Program-made: the position numbers and the translations under genes
Source of the DNA: Girardia tigrina
Lineage: Eukaryota
NCBI GenBank assembly: GCA_001938485.1
Contig: MQRK01176000.1
Span: forward strand, 11,350-75,349
Length of the DNA: 64,000 nucleotides
Direction: 5' to 3'
Notes under the pieces: model-generated
What the model was told of the DNA's origin: nothing
Databases searched by the model: none
What the model saw: only the letters and a program-made list of their open reading frames with translations
In this document: one piece after another, positions 13,291-27,632 of the stretch
Layout: every line of letters begins with the position of its first letter
Position numbering within the stretch: the first letter of the stretch is position 1

Positions 13291-14408
13291 GGGTACAGGT
13301 CTTTTTGGCACCGAGTCATTTTTGCGCCGTTTATTTTGGCACTCTATTTTGGCGCAATTTTTATGGCTCCATATTTGGTGACGTATTTTTTAGCTGATAA
13401 TTTTAGTGATGTAACTTAGAGTGTTGAATTTTTTATATTTTATTTTTAAATAAGTTTAGATTAATAATAAATAATTTGAAATATATTTTTGTTTATGTCA
13501 ACCAAATTTATAATGGCTATAAAAATTTTTTTAATTGTTTATATATCTTATTTAAAAAAAAAGTTTAGACTAATAATTAATAATTTTTGTTTATGGTAAC
13601 TAAATTTGACATATTTTTAAGAATGTAACAACACACTCATTATGATTAAAGTTGTGATTTTGAATTTGGAGCTATTTTTGCAATGGAAGAATGTTTTCCA
13701 GGTGTTATAATTCAGGGTTGCTTTTTTCATTTAGCTCATAATGTACAGAAACAAGTAAAACGGATTGAATTGGAGAGTGAATATAATTCAAACCCTGAAT
13801 TTGCTTTGAAAGTTAAAATGGTGGTTGCATTATGTTTTGTACCTATTAATCATTTAAATAACTACATTAGTGCTCTGTCTGAAGATTTACCACAACAACT
13901 AAGTTCCTTGCTTTATTGGTTTGAAGATAATTATGTTGGGCGGTCAATGAGAAAAGGAAATGGCAGAAGAACTCTGCTTTTTCCACCTCCTATGTTGAAC
14001 CAATACGAAAGAACAATCGTAGAAATTGGTAGTACAAATAATTATGCAGAAGTAGCACACAGAAAAATATATGCAGAAATTGGTGTTTGTCATCCAATTT
14101 TATGGAAATTTATTGACTGTTTAAGAAAAATCCAAAAGAGCAGAGATTTATATTACGAACAATTAGTTTCTGGCAATGCCTCAAGGCATAAACTTCTTAA
14201 ATATTTAAAAGCAGATGAAAGAATTTTAAATATTGTTAAACGATTTGCTCAAACAGAACCATTGGATTACTTACGCGGTTTAGCACACATTTATGAAATG
14301 CATTAAGTTAATAAATTTATATATTCTTTACATTCTTTTTTTTTACTTTTTAAAATTATAATTTTTATTTTAAAAAATTCAGAACCAAAATATATTATAT
14401 ATATATAC

Positions 14409-14447
<39 letters not shown>

Positions 14448-14497
14448 NNNNNNNNNNNNNNNNNNNNNNNNNNNNNNNNNNNNNNNNNNNNNNNNNN

Positions 14498-14549
<52 letters not shown>

Positions 14550-14664
14550 ATATATATAATATTGAGTCTTGTGAACGCAAGTTTAGTATTTCGAAAATAT
14601 AATTTGATTAAAGCTTTTTTTATATAATTATTGGACATAATAAGTGCCAAAAAGACCTGCTCCG
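13291..14664 (+). mobile_element. MULE element with a transposase C-terminal fragment
   Basis: TIRs caggtctttttggcac / gtgccaaaaagacctg, TSD ggtactac/ggtactat, ORF 13683..14306 with GCFFHL and TNNYAE. Confidence 0.85.
14395..14557. repeat. (TA)n microsatellite spanning an N gap
   Basis: Direct observation. Confidence 0.9.
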
Positions 14665-14739
14665 GGTACTATAGGTGTTCTTTTTATGGTAATATTGTAT
14701 ATTAAGGGTCTCTTTAAAGACTAGTGACGAACCAAAAAA

Positions 14740-15670
14740 CGAATTTTAATAGATTTGCGAGTGTTTAGACTACAATAAAATACATTCATGATCAATTATT
14801 TGAAACGTGATCCTATTCTTAAAACAGTTAAAAGTTGTTTGGTTAATTTCGATATTGTGTATTTAACCAAATCGACGATATTTCGGCATTGATGATGATA
14901 TTTTTGATTTCGTGAATAATAATCCTTGAATTATCATTAAGGAAATTTTGGAGAATTAAATATTGGCACAGCTCGATTGTATTGTACTATGTCAAAAACT
15001 TGGATTCACTTAGACACTCGATACATTTATATCGCCAATTTTAACAAAATAAACCAAGCTGAACCATACTTCGACATCCGTTTTTCTTCGAGTACATCAT
15101 GACAAAGAATCTTTCTTAAGTTAAATCATGACAGAGAAGGAAAATTAGTTTTCTGTATCAACATCCAAAGAAATAGAATCAGTTGTTTCCTGTTTGGTGG
15201 GACAAAAAAGGAATATTTTTTGAACATCTTCCTCATATTGAACAATTGAAGTAGAATAGTATTGTAAACAACTCACAAAACTCAGTGCCAAAATTCAAGC
15301 TAAATGTTCACGCAATGGTAAAGATTTATTCTTGTGTCACGATAACACTAGACCCCATATCGCTCAAAAGACCCTGCGAAAAATAGAGCAAAAATTATAT
15401 ATCATGTAGCACCAACTGTATTCTATAGACCTTGGTCTTTATATTTTCATCTGTATTGCCACATACAGTATAATTTTAATGTCAAAGATGATAATTTTGG
15501 GGAACTGTCGGAAACTAACTTACTATTTTCTTTTAAAAAGAAACGTCGCAGTTGTTATGAAGAAGAAATCATAAAACTTTGAAATAATACATTGATAGAC
15601 ATTTTAATCAAAATGTTTTCCATTGAATTTTATATCAAATCGGACACGAACTCTTGCAAACATCGCATAC
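14740..15670 (+). mobile_element. Highly degenerate mariner transposase remnant
   Basis: Fragments VWWDKKGIFF and HDNTRPHIAQKT with many stops and indels. Confidence 0.6.
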
Positions 15671-16212
15671 TTAGCATTTAAACTCATGGTGACTTTATAA
15701 AAATCATTTTTCCAAAATTCCAACAATTTCAATATTTCGGGTTGAGTCACCTATTTATTTACAAAGGCTTGGTATCTTATATCATCACTTTTATCATTTT
15801 AAAAATTGAAGAGAGTTTGAGATTTTATGATATTCAAATTTATGTAAACTTTAATAAAATTATATTAAATTTTCTTTAAAATTATATTTTATTGAATAAT
15901 ATATCTTCAAAATATCTCTGTCTATTATCTTGGCAATCAGTAATGGTAAGGAGTATTAAATTGTCATAATAAAAGTATTTAGAAATCTTTTCTTGTCTAA
16001 GATTTATTTAATGCTTGCTAAGGACACTGAAATGCTTATTAATTTTAAACATTTTTTGAATCAAAACAAAAAGAAAATTTCTTATAAAATAATCATTTAT
16101 AAATTTTAAAAAATGAAAATGATTTCTATTCTTAATACTTTATTTTTATTTACTAGTTTTAAAACTAATTTTTAGTTTTAATTTTAAGTCGAATAAAAAA
16201 TGAATTGGTATA

Positions 16213-17441
16213 TAGTAGAACTCGGTTAATAGCACGGAGTTTCGTGGTACGAACTTTGGAAGCCAGGGTTTACAATGAGATGTGCTCGGTTACTGGAACA
16301 ACTCTGTTTATAGAACAGGTTATTCTATCATGACGCCTCCTTTGTACCAGATTAATAGTATAGTTGGTGGGTATGTTAAGATTAAGTGGATTAAGTGACT
16401 AGTGAATCATGGCATAACAAAGACAATTAGTAATGGTTTCCTTGGTAAAATAAAGAAACACTTGGATCTCCTGCTATTTTATAATGCTCAGTGGTTGAAT
16501 AAGCAAGACACATCCCAATTTGCATCACACTGTACTAATGGCGAGCAAACACAAGAGGAATGATTTGACTATAAAGCAGAAATATGAAATTCTTGAACAA
16601 TTTAGAAGCGGTAAAGCGATGAAAGACGTTGCAACCGAGTATGCCATCGATCGCAGCGTCGTGAGTAAAATCAAGTATAAAGAACAGGAAATTTTGCAAA
16701 AAGTTCAGTGGCAGCATCAGTCATTATCATCAACGTTTTTTGGAAAATTATATCATTGCCTTGGAGGCACAAAGTGAGTTTAGCTTTGATCTTTTAGATG
16801 TCATGAATCTGTTGAGATGAGCTTGGAATGAGGTTAAATCATCCACGATTTCCAATTGCTTTTCTCATGTTGCCTCCACACTGTCGTCTCTTGAGCATCA
16901 CGATCTAGGTAACGCTTCTACATATGAACATGAAGGAGAAAACGACTGGGAATGACTGCACATTTCTGGAATATCCTTTGATAATTACGTGGAAATTAAT
17001 TCAGAAATCACAACAGCCGAATTTACAGAGGAAGTCATTATCGATGAAATCCGAAGTAAAGTGAACGAGAATGAATATGAAGAAGACGAGCATATTATTG
17101 TTCTTACCTCAGTTCCTACCGCAATGGAAATAAATGGCTATTTGGCAAAAATATGTTTTTTTTTGCAGAGTCAAGAGAGCAATTCAGAAATACAAGAAAA
17201 CCAAATTGATGGTCTTAACGATTTTATCACAAAAATCTGCTTGATGAAAAAGAAAAAACAATTATTTCTGATTATTTTGTATAATTGAAATTTCATATTG
17301 TACTTCACTACATGTTGTTACACTTACTGTCTTTTATTATTGAAGTGGTATTCAAACAATCGTGCTCTGTTAATAGCGCTTCCCGGTTTATAGCACACTT
17401 TTTCCAGTCCGGAGGGTTGTACTATTAACCGAGTTCTACTC
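16213..17441 (+). mobile_element. pogo/Tigger element, internally deleted
   Basis: TIRs agtagaactcggttaatag / ctattaaccgagttctact with TA. N-terminal psq/CENP-B HTH (KRNDLTIKQKYEIL..VSKI) and a C-terminal AWNEVKSSTISNCF remnant. Confidence 0.85.
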
Positions 17442-18768
17442 TATTTATTCAATAAAATTTCTAAAAATATTGTTTTATGATGTGAGGTTTAGATCCTTTG
17501 CCCAAGATTTTGGACTGAATATATGACAACAGATAGTTAAATATATTTTTTATAATCTCGTCCATCTTAAGTGATATTTATTTTTACAGTAAAATAATTT
17601 TTCTATTACCATTTTCATTTACTCATTATATAGATTCTTTATGTGTTTTCGTTCCTAATCTTCATTTCCACTACCCATATCTACAAACTATATCTTTACC
17701 AAGCTATTGTTATGATACATGTTCTCTTTAATATTGCAACATCTTACCCGAGTGTGTCAAATAAATACACTGTTGCTGATATACTTATCTTAAATAATCG
17801 TGTCGCCTCCACTTTGTCACTGGATTTCTCTCGACTGTATGAGCCGCAATTCACTAATTATTAATTCATGTCTGGTCTTCATGAATTTTTTGGATTAAAA
17901 TTATTCTAGCATTACTCTGGCAAACACTATGTGAGTCGAACAGTGTCTGAAAAAGATATAAGTATATTCAGAATGTTTTATGATGTTTTTGTTTGTACTT
18001 AAAATACAAATATTTAGTACCAAATTTATTTGCAATATGAAAACATTTGTTTATTTAGTATTTTCTTATGCGATATTGTTTCATTTAAACAATTATTCTG
18101 ACATGAATTAACTTTCTTTAATAATAGTATTTTTCTCTTTAGCCCATTGTAAACATAAATTGCTTTTATAAGTTCATATGAATAATTATTAGGTACTTGA
18201 CTGACTCTCGCCGAAAGAAGTTTATTTATTGAACAAAATAAATATTTTAAACGTAAACATGGACTATAAATTATAAAACAACTTATTTGAATTAATGTAA
18301 TTTAACTTCTGCATAATATAATAGTTTGTTAACTAATTATGAATAGAAAATTCGTAAATTATTAAACAAAAATCATTGAGAAAATTTCAATTTTAAGAGA
18401 ATTCAGAAAAAAATCGTAATTAAGTGGGGGAGTTATATTGATGAACATTGAAAATATTAAAGGGGGATATACAATTGAAACCTAAACTTATGTAAACCAA
18501 ATTTAATGATTACTTAGGGAACAACACTCGCGTGAAGCGTTATACATAAGATCTTTGAATCCTGAAATTAACGTTCACACTCTACTTTACGACTTTGTCG
18601 GGAGTTTTTAAATGATGCACTTATGACTTTGTTATTACCTATTCACTAACAGCATTACATAAGTAATTTTTTAAAAAATATTTACTATGATAATAATGGT
18701 GCGAAATTAATTGACAAAATATTAACCCTTAAATGTATTATTTTTTTCATTCTTTTTATTAACTTACT

Positions 18769-18771
<3 letters not shown>

Positions 18772-18807
<36 letters not shown>

Positions 18808-18857
18808 NNNNNNNNNNNNNNNNNNNNNNNNNNNNNNNNNNNNNNNNNNNNNNNNNN

Positions 18858-18907
<50 letters not shown>
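18772..18907. repeat. (TA)n(TG)n microsatellite with N gap
   Basis: Direct observation. Confidence 0.9.
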
Positions 18908-20294
18908 ATCCATGGAATTTAGGAACCTGTTTTTGAAGGCTTTTTACTCAATCGATTATCTTCAATCTTTGTACACTTACTCATTCTCGATGATAATAAA
19001 TGATTATGTAAAAATTTGATCGAAAAAAACTTTTTAAGATCCCAAAATCGGAAAAAAACGGAAATTTTGGAGTTCCGAACAATATTAATTTCAAGATATC
19101 TACTAGTAGTTTATATTAATTTTAATGTTTTTTTAGTTAAAATTTTTTTAATTTTAAAAATTTTGGCAAAGTAGAGTTCAGTCTGCATAAAAAATGGATA
19201 TTAAAAATTTAATTTTTTGATTTACTAGTTTTTTTTCGAATTATTAAAATAAATTGAATATATTGCTCACCACAATAAAACGATATGTTGCCGCCAGTGT
19301 TCTCTCTAAGTTCTGCGCGCCTGTGCAATCACACAATTTTTAAACATAACGCACATGAAAAATTTTTGCGAGCACAAAAATTTATTTTGAAAAAAATAAA
19401 ATTGCATTGCACCTACATATGAATTCCATATAAAAAATTAATATGTAAAAAATTGAATCAAATGTACTTTCACATTTTAAAGTAAACTACGAATTAGAGT
19501 ATTTTTGAATTGGTAAAGATGTCTAAATATTTATAATTAGCAAGAAAGAATTAGTAAAGTAAACGCTTTAAGTAAAGAGTTCAACTTTCTATAAGTAGAT
19601 AGAAGATTTGGACGAATATGAATACTATTCTTGTTATTTTTTATTGCATACACTTTTTTAAAATTGCCGCACACAAGTGACAAAAGCTTGGAGGGAACAC
19701 TGGTTACCGCCAAAATTAATGTCAAATAGTTTCATGGATATGTGATATAGTGTCAGTGCTGATAAATGTGCATAAATGTTCTATAAAGCATACGTCTAGG
19801 TGTTTGAATTAAATTAAGCAAATCGGAAAATAAAGACAACTCTCAACAATTTTCAAGTAATATACATTTTAATTGACTCTAAGATTTTTTATTTGTTAAG
19901 TAAGTTATATTATGTATTTTGTTTGCTTATATATCTTTGTAAGGTAATTTTTGCGTGTACAATTTCTAATAGTGTATGCCGTTATACGTACAGTATGTTT
20001 CCGCAATATTGATACGATGTTAAATGCTTTTTAAGAGGCAAGTTTGGAACTTATTTGAATGAAAATTGGCACAAATATTCAAAATAAAGATCGTAATTAG
20101 ATGTTTTAGGCGTCATATTAGGTAACCTCAGAGGTCATCCTATGAGACCTTTTCTTAAAATCACTTTCCCATTGAAAATTTAAGTGGTTGAACACTATTG
20201 TTCCGCCCGACCCTCAGGTTGCCCCGAGAATCGGACGGAGGTAACAGGGTTGCACCGTGGTTTATTGGCGATTTGATTTTGCTGGACATATTTA

Positions 20295-20615
20295 TTGAGA
20301 GCCCTTACGAATCTTAGAGACGCGGTAATCGAACTGACTATTTGGTCGATCAATCGATTTCGGTTGGTATAAGTCGGCCGTTGGATATCGAGATTCCGGC
20401 GGCAAATATCGTAAATCGTTTCATTGTCCACCATAAAAGCACATTCCGTGTGTTCGAGAGTCGTCAAGATTGAATTATACGATTTAACGACCGCAGTAGT
20501 GAATTACGAAGCCCGATAAATTGTAAATTCGAGTTTCGATTTGATAAAGTCACAAAAGACCGAATGAATGACGCATTTCGGCTCCATAACTTGTTTGTAG
20601 AGCGAAGTAAATTGA
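20295..20615 (-). pseudogene. Alpha-tubulin pseudogene fragment
   Basis: KSKLEFTIY..*..TAVV.SYNSILT, then [51 protein letters not shown] matches the alpha-tubulin middle region. It has a stop, a deletion and truncation at both ends. Confidence 0.9.
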
Positions 20616-22999
20616 ACGGGTTTTATCATGAATTAGTTTTTTTAAATCTTATTAGAAATCCAAAATCCAAATTAGCATCAAAATTTCTATTCACAAAATC
20701 TCATGATTTACAAAAATCTTTCCAGAATAAGTTTTTTTGCTAAAAAATTCGATCAAAATCAACAAGAAATTCAAAACTCAACAAATTTTTCCAGAATAAT
20801 ATTTATTTTCAAATTTCCGATTGTTTTTTAATTAATTCAATTAAACAATCCCTTAAGTTCAAAAAAAGGTTTTGCAATAATAAGTCTTTTTACAAGAAAA
20901 ATAAAAAGGTTTTTTTACAAAATAAATGTTAAAAAAACTCTTTTTTTCTAAAATAATTATTATTTTTACATTCACAATTTTTTTACCCTAAATTAACATA
21001 AAACAATTTTTTTGCATCTATATAACCGTCATAATAAAATTTCAATGAAAACGATTGTAAATTTGACGATGGAAAAATTTCGGGTTTCTTTTTTCAATAA
21101 TTATTCGACTGGATTATGATTCCAATCGACCGATTTCAGATATCGATTTAATAAGGAGTTTTATTGTTTTATATAAGAACGATAACTATAGATAATGATA
21201 ATAATAAATTTAAAAATATAATAATTTAAATATTTGAATCCAGAACAACTATCTTGCATGAAATACGATTTGTTGAAATTCATTTCCAAAATTTGTTAAT
21301 AAAAGAAACTTTCTAACAGAAGATAATTAAATGAATTAAGGTCCACTAGTAGGTCCCATTTAATTATTCAATGAGAAACTTTATGTACCCGGTCAGATAA
21401 TCTTCTTTTTGATGTAGTCTAGTAGTGAACAATAATTGATCGATATTCACATAACTGATCAAATTATTGGCTGTTGACCGTTAAACAATTGTTGTTAGGA
21501 GTGATACGCACAAAATTAAGATATTTCTTTTCATAATATATCTTACTACAACATCAATGAGAGTCAGTATAATTAAGACATTTTCAATTTTACATTTGAA
21601 AATAAAAATTTAGAATTCAACAAAAAACAATATCGCATAAAAATCTCATAATAAATTTGACTTCTTTACTTCTGAAACATTCTGTATTTTAACTAATATT
21701 TTAACCTATTACTTTAAACTAGTCGTTGCAGTTGAAAAATTCTTATCAACATTTTATTCTGTATTCATTCCAGTATTACGTTTTTTGCATTTTTCTCAGT
21801 CATTCAAATGGTATCAAATCTTGCTTGCTAAAGCGATACCATCTTACTTATTTTTGAACTAGACAAATAGGATTAAAAATCAAACATAAATTAAGGTTTT
21901 ATTCTTCACTCTTAGGCTATATTTAACGTGTGTCCAAAACCGGTACGCTTGAGACCTTTGTCATTATCAAGAAGGAATATCTCTATGTAATGATTGAAAA
22001 TTCCAGGTATATACATTTGACCAAGATAATATTAGCTTTCATGACACTTATCAATTTAATTTATCGGTTTATCAATTTTTAAATGTGTATATTATCAAAG
22101 TGTTTTAAACATAACAATCTTACTTTCTCATTTATAACAATATTATGAATATTTACAGAACTCGTTTATAGAGATAATATATTATTTTACAGAAATTAAA
22201 AATAACAAAATGCATAATTCATAATTTATTATGTAAGTAATCCATACGTTTTTTGTTTTTATCATGAATGCCTTAGAATAATATGCTGTACGATCAACTC
22301 GATTTTACACTGTTTTTGAGAAATTATGTAAAATCATGATATGGATCAAATAATTCGTGCAACAAAGAACAGAAACTTTAACAGTTCTAAATAATTATCA
22401 TTTTGATTTTATTTTAATGATTACTTAGTCGCCAATACACTTGCCTTGGCCGTGTATTCTCGAAGGCCGTTGCCAATCGAACAATAATTCCTCTCGTTTG
22501 CCATCTAGAGATATTAAAATCGATAAATAAGCAGTTAGAAGTTACTAAAAACATTAAAAAACATTATCGTATTTATTGTGAAAACTCATTTAAATTTAAT
22601 TGATTGGTTTCCTTTCTAAAAATCCCCGTTAAATAGATGATATGATCTTATTAATGTAGATGCCACAGTTTTAATAAAATACGATTTGTACTAACACCGA
22701 TTTATTTTTATTAGAATAAAATTTTTGATCCAATTGAACTGTTATTATTTCTTAATTAGTTAATTTAAGACACCCGAGAATCATAATGTCATAAATTATA
22801 AATAAATTCGAGTTAAATTTATTATTTTACCACGCTGTGACTCACAGTCACATAATAAATTATAATGATTAGGGAAATGAGAATACTACAATCTACTTTG
22901 GAAAATATGGAACAGAATAAAAGAATGTACTGTATACTCAGAAACATCCGACTTAACATATTATATGAGGTATTCATAAGGTTATTCATAAGTTATCAC

Positions 23000-24150
23000 C
23001 AGGCAAGCACATTGATTCAGGAGTGGATGTATTTTCATTATTCTTCGATGATGAATTATCAAAGTTATTGGCAAATACACTAACATGGAAGGACAGAAAG
23101 TGGCACATGTTAATTAGAAAAAAACAGGCTTAATCGAAATAACAACTTTTATTGGCTTAAAACAATAAAGTATATGTGATATCAAAAAATATATTGGTTG
23201 ATTTGCGCCGCTATATCAGATTCGACGATAAAAGAACATGATCAGGTCGCAGAGTTCATGATTAGTTTGCGCAATTCCGACATGTTTTGGAAACACTCCA
23301 GAAAAATTTATTGAAACACTACATCATATTGGCCAACTTTCACGATAAATGAACAGCTAGTTCCGTATAGTGCAAGAGAATCATTTCCACAATACATACC
23401 TTCAAAGTCGGACAAGTACGGGATGAACTATTTTGGATATGCGATAGTTGTAACAGCTATTCTTTGAAAGGAATCCCATATCCTGAAAAAAGGCCATAAT
23501 CGAGCACAAAATGTATAACGGAGATGAGCTGCGGAATTGCATGCCATTTCACTAGAGTAACCGGAGTGTCACATTAGATTATTTTTTACGAGTTATGAAC
23601 TGGGCAAAATTTTACTTCAAATGAGGTTGAAGTCAATCGGAACTCTACGGAAGAACAAGAGATGCATTCTGCCAGCATTTTTACCTAACAGAGAGTGAGA
23701 AGTGGAAAGCAACATATTTGGCCTTAGAAAAACTACTATGTTGGTACGCTATGTATCAAAGCAAAGTAGTGCTATTCTTTATTATCACAGCACACCACGA
23801 TGCAGTAATTGATGTGAACAACAAAAACAAATCTCAAATCAACACGTTTTATCATACAAAAAGGTGGTTTGATGTGTTAGGTCAAATAGCCCATTCATTT
23901 TCTGTAAGAGGAAAAGCTAATAGGTGACCAATGACTCTATTTTATAATTTAGTTGACGTGCCTGTAATTGCAGTCAAAATCATTTTGTTGAACATCTATC
24001 CGAATTTGAATCGTTCGAGATCAGAACTGCGGCGTAAGTTGTTTTTTAAAAATTTGGTTCAGGGCATGGTTAGAACATATATACTAAGAGTCACATCGTG
24101 GTATTACTTGTTCCAAAAACACGTGAGACTGGTAGGGTTAATTAATAAAT
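23000..24150 (+). mobile_element. Degenerate piggyBac transposase
   Basis: INEQLVPY..FPQYIPSKSDKYG, GTLRKNKR, YHTKRWFDVLGQ..SVRGKANR*PMTLFYNLVD. Confidence 0.8.
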
Positions 24151-25926
24151 TTTCTTCTGTATTTAACAAACAATAAGTGTAATTTTATAAAATTTTGTTC
24201 TAAATTTGTTAAGTAACTATCAAAAAAAGAAAGAAGTAAGATAATCCATCACAATAAACAAAGTAGAAAAAATGTAAAAATTATTTACGAATTACACAAA
24301 CTACTGTAAAGTTCAAAATAAACTTTTTGTTTGAAAGGATCTTGGATTTAGTTATTTGGAGAAGCAATGTCAGGTGAATTTTTTGAAATAACGTACACCT
24401 ATGGGTTCAAGAATATCCTTGGAATTTTTAATAGACTTTCGAATTTTCAATGAAAATTCGGGAAATAGTTTGAGAAATCATGTAGGCAGTAATCTCCGGT
24501 TACGACTCCTCGCTGGACTAGGTGGTATCATTCAGTGACGTTTTCGTTAGGCGTGTCATCCGGTACACGATATACATAAAGATTAAATATAAAAATTTAC
24601 GAAACTTAGAAATAAATTAAATTTAAAATTCCTAAAATATTTACATTAGATAAAATTTGTTCTGAATATTAATGAAAAAAATGTGGTGGTACAAAAAAAG
24701 GAAGTTTCTACTTTTAATCACAATCTTTTTTATTAGAATTAGTTTCTTTGAAACAGTTTGTTTTTCGATGATTTATGACTCAATAGGAGCTTTTGAATTT
24801 TAATTAGGAGTCCGGTTCTTATTTTGGTCTTGATTTACTCCGGCTGCCGCTTTTATTATTTCGTAACGACAAGATTTTCTAATCTCATTCCTTAATTTTG
24901 TATTTTTAAAAAATAAATCTCTTATCAAAGAATCACGTTTTTTAACGAGGGTATTTTAATTAATCAACGAACTTAAGAATTAATTATAAGTCAAAAAATG
25001 CATAGTCCATACTGATAACAATTCGACAAAATGCACAATAACCATGAAACACCCTTCTCCTCCGCAGCAACAACAAATATCTTTACTCTCCGAGTTAAAT
25101 TTTACAATAACTTACCTTCCAGGTGAACAAGACACTGCTGCAGATTATATGTCTCGATCCGTGAGTAGTATCACTTTCAAACCTATTTTACAACATAAAG
25201 ACTCATATCTTTACCACGATCACTGGAAGACATAACGTTTTTTTTAAAATATCGTATATGACAAAGTTATAGCTTACGACGCCAGCGTATTAGGAACCAT
25301 ACGCCCTTATTAGGAAAAGACTAGTAAAAGGAATCTTTTGAATGTACGATTTACTCCACCATGGTAGTACCACCACTTGCAAACTTTTACATACAAGAAT
25401 AATATTGCCCCACATGTAGAACGAAATCGAGAAAATGGTCAGTTGATTGTACAAAATGCCAAAAATATAAAACGGAAAGAAAAATCACACCCCCATTCAG
25501 CCATTTTCCAACAATGTCTCGTTTAGCGACCGTACATTTATATTTATTAGGACCTCTCAAAAACGACCGCAGTTTTTAATATATTTTCATTTAATTTAAT
25601 TTAAATTAATTTAACAGCACTGTTCAGGTGATTTTATATCAAATATGAGACAAATCCTTACTTTTATGAGGATAGCTCCATATCTTAACTAAATAGCTTG
25701 TGCTTCTACCTTCACCACGTTACTGACGAAAAGTTGCACTCTCTTACAGAGTGAAACTAGGGGTTTTGATTGCTCGCTGTTACGCAGTGCCGTCTTGGTC
25801 AATTTCCTCTTTGGAAATGTATAGTAGATTGTGGCTGACATGCTTTACGCACATTTCTATATTTAACTTCGCTACTCTTGTTGCATATGTTTTTATTCCA
25901 TCGTCATTCCATCCAAAGGCGAGAAG

Positions 25927-27632
25927 GGTTATACCCGAAAACAGCGAATTACATAACAGCGAATCCCAAAACAGCAAATGAAATTTTTTATTTGAAAATG
26001 AGATTTTTGTCATTTAAATTGGAGAATATTTATATTAATAAGATATTTTTATGATATAATTTTTTTAATATATTTTATTAATAATATAATTTAAAGCTTG
26101 TTTTAATTTTCTATTTTTTCATAAGATTATTTTTAAGTTTTGCTTGTGAAAAAACTAAATGGAAATATTAACAACTCAAAAAGGTTCTGAAGCATGCAAT
26201 TATGGAGGATATTCCTACCGTGTAGATACAGTCACCTCAATTAGAAAAAATTGGCGATGTCGTACCATCGGTTGCAAAGGAAGACTTTGGTCAGATATTG
26301 ATAACTGTCATCCGATTGAAAAACAATGGCATTCCCATCCACCAGCACCAGAAATCGGTATCGTAAAGTCTACTATTTATAAGATGAAGCAACAGGCAAA
26401 AATAGAAACGCGCAGTATTCCGATTATACATTCTGATGCGGCAGCTGAAATTTCTGGTAATACTTCAGCTTCCGCTATATTTCCAGCTTTCAAATCTATA
26501 AACAACGTGTTGTATCGAGCACATCACGAGAAATTACCGGTTTTGTCTCAAAGTTTAAATGACATCAAAATACCTGATCAATTGACACAAACTATTTCAG
26601 ACCAATTATTCCTATTGTTTATCAATGAGGACAAATCAATTATATTATTTGGAACAATAAGTAATTTACAAATGTTATCCAGCAATAACCATTGGTTCAT
26701 GGACGGTACATTTCGGGTAGCACCTCCCTTTTATAAACAAATATTTACAATCCATGCTCTTCTCCAAAGTAAAGTACTTCCATTAATTTATTGTATTCTG
26801 ATAGATAAAAAAGGTGAAACATACACATCAGTTTTTCGTAAGATTCTGGATCATAATTTGATACTTTCACCAAATTTAATCACATTGGATTTCGAGAAAG
26901 GTTTAATAGTTGCGTTACAACAAGAGTTCCCGCAAAGTCGTCTACGTGGTTGTTATTTTCATTTCTGCCAAGCGGTATTTAGACAAGTTCAGAAATTAGG
27001 TTTTAGTGTCGATTATGGTAATAATGAAGAACTTAGAACGAAAATACGTATGCTTATGGCTTTGGCGTTTGTTCCTGAACAAATTGTTCAACAAATTTTC
27101 GACAATCTGAGGGACGAGGCACCGGTAAATATTAGACCTCAATTCCAGTACTTCCACCAGCAATGGTTTCAAAATATTAAAAAAGAAATGCGGAATATGT
27201 ATGGCATCAGACGGCGGACTAACAATGATGTTGAGGGGTGGCACAACCGCTTCAATAATTTAGTTGCTAAGCATCACCCCAATATTTATGATTTAATATC
27301 ATGTATAAGAAAGGAACAAGGATTTACAGAAACATTGATGTCACAAATTAATGCTGGGCAAGTTATTAACAAAAAAATAAAAAAGTATAATTCAATAAGT
27401 GAACGTATTTCAAAATTGCAACAGCGTTTTGATGATGGTGAAATCGGTGTGCAGGAGTTTATTCGTGGAATTTCTTTCAGTTTAAGCACACCAATTGCAT
27501 TGTGACAAAGTATTTAAAGTTGGAATTTCCTTAAAATAAAATTTTATATCTAATTGACTTTTTTTATACTTGGATAGTACATCGCTGTTTTGTAATTCGC
27601 GATTTTGTAATTCGCTGTTATGAGGATATGCC
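25927..27632 (+). mobile_element. Complete MULE element inserted in the LINE
   Basis: 8-bp TSD gcgagaag, GG..CC termini, repeated aacagcgaat / attcgctgtt subterminal motifs. Confidence 0.9.
26159..27505 (+). CDS. FLYWCH + MULE DDE transposase, 448 aa, open frame
   Basis: WRC..GCKG..HSHP (FLYWCH), MDGTF, LDFEKG, GCYFHFCQ, RTNNDVEGWH. Confidence 0.92.
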   Translation: MEILTTQKGSEACNYGGYSYRVDTVTSIRKNWRCRTIGCKGRLWSDIDNCHPIEKQWHSHPPAPEIGIVKSTIYKMKQQAKIETRSIPIIHSDAAAEISGNTSASAIFPAFKSINNVLYRAHHEKLPVLSQSLNDIKIPDQLTQTISDQLFLLFINEDKSIILFGTISNLQMLSSNNHWFMDGTFRVAPPFYKQIFTIHALLQSKVLPLIYCILIDKKGETYTSVFRKILDHNLILSPNLITLDFEKGLIVALQQEFPQSRLRGCYFHFCQAVFRQVQKLGFSVDYGNNEELRTKIRMLMALAFVPEQIVQQIFDNLRDEAPVNIRPQFQYFHQQWFQNIKKEMRNMYGIRRRTNNDVEGWHNRFNNLVAKHHPNIYDLISCIRKEQGFTETLMSQINAGQVINKKIKKYNSISERISKLQQRFDDGEIGVQEFIRGISFSLSTPIAL

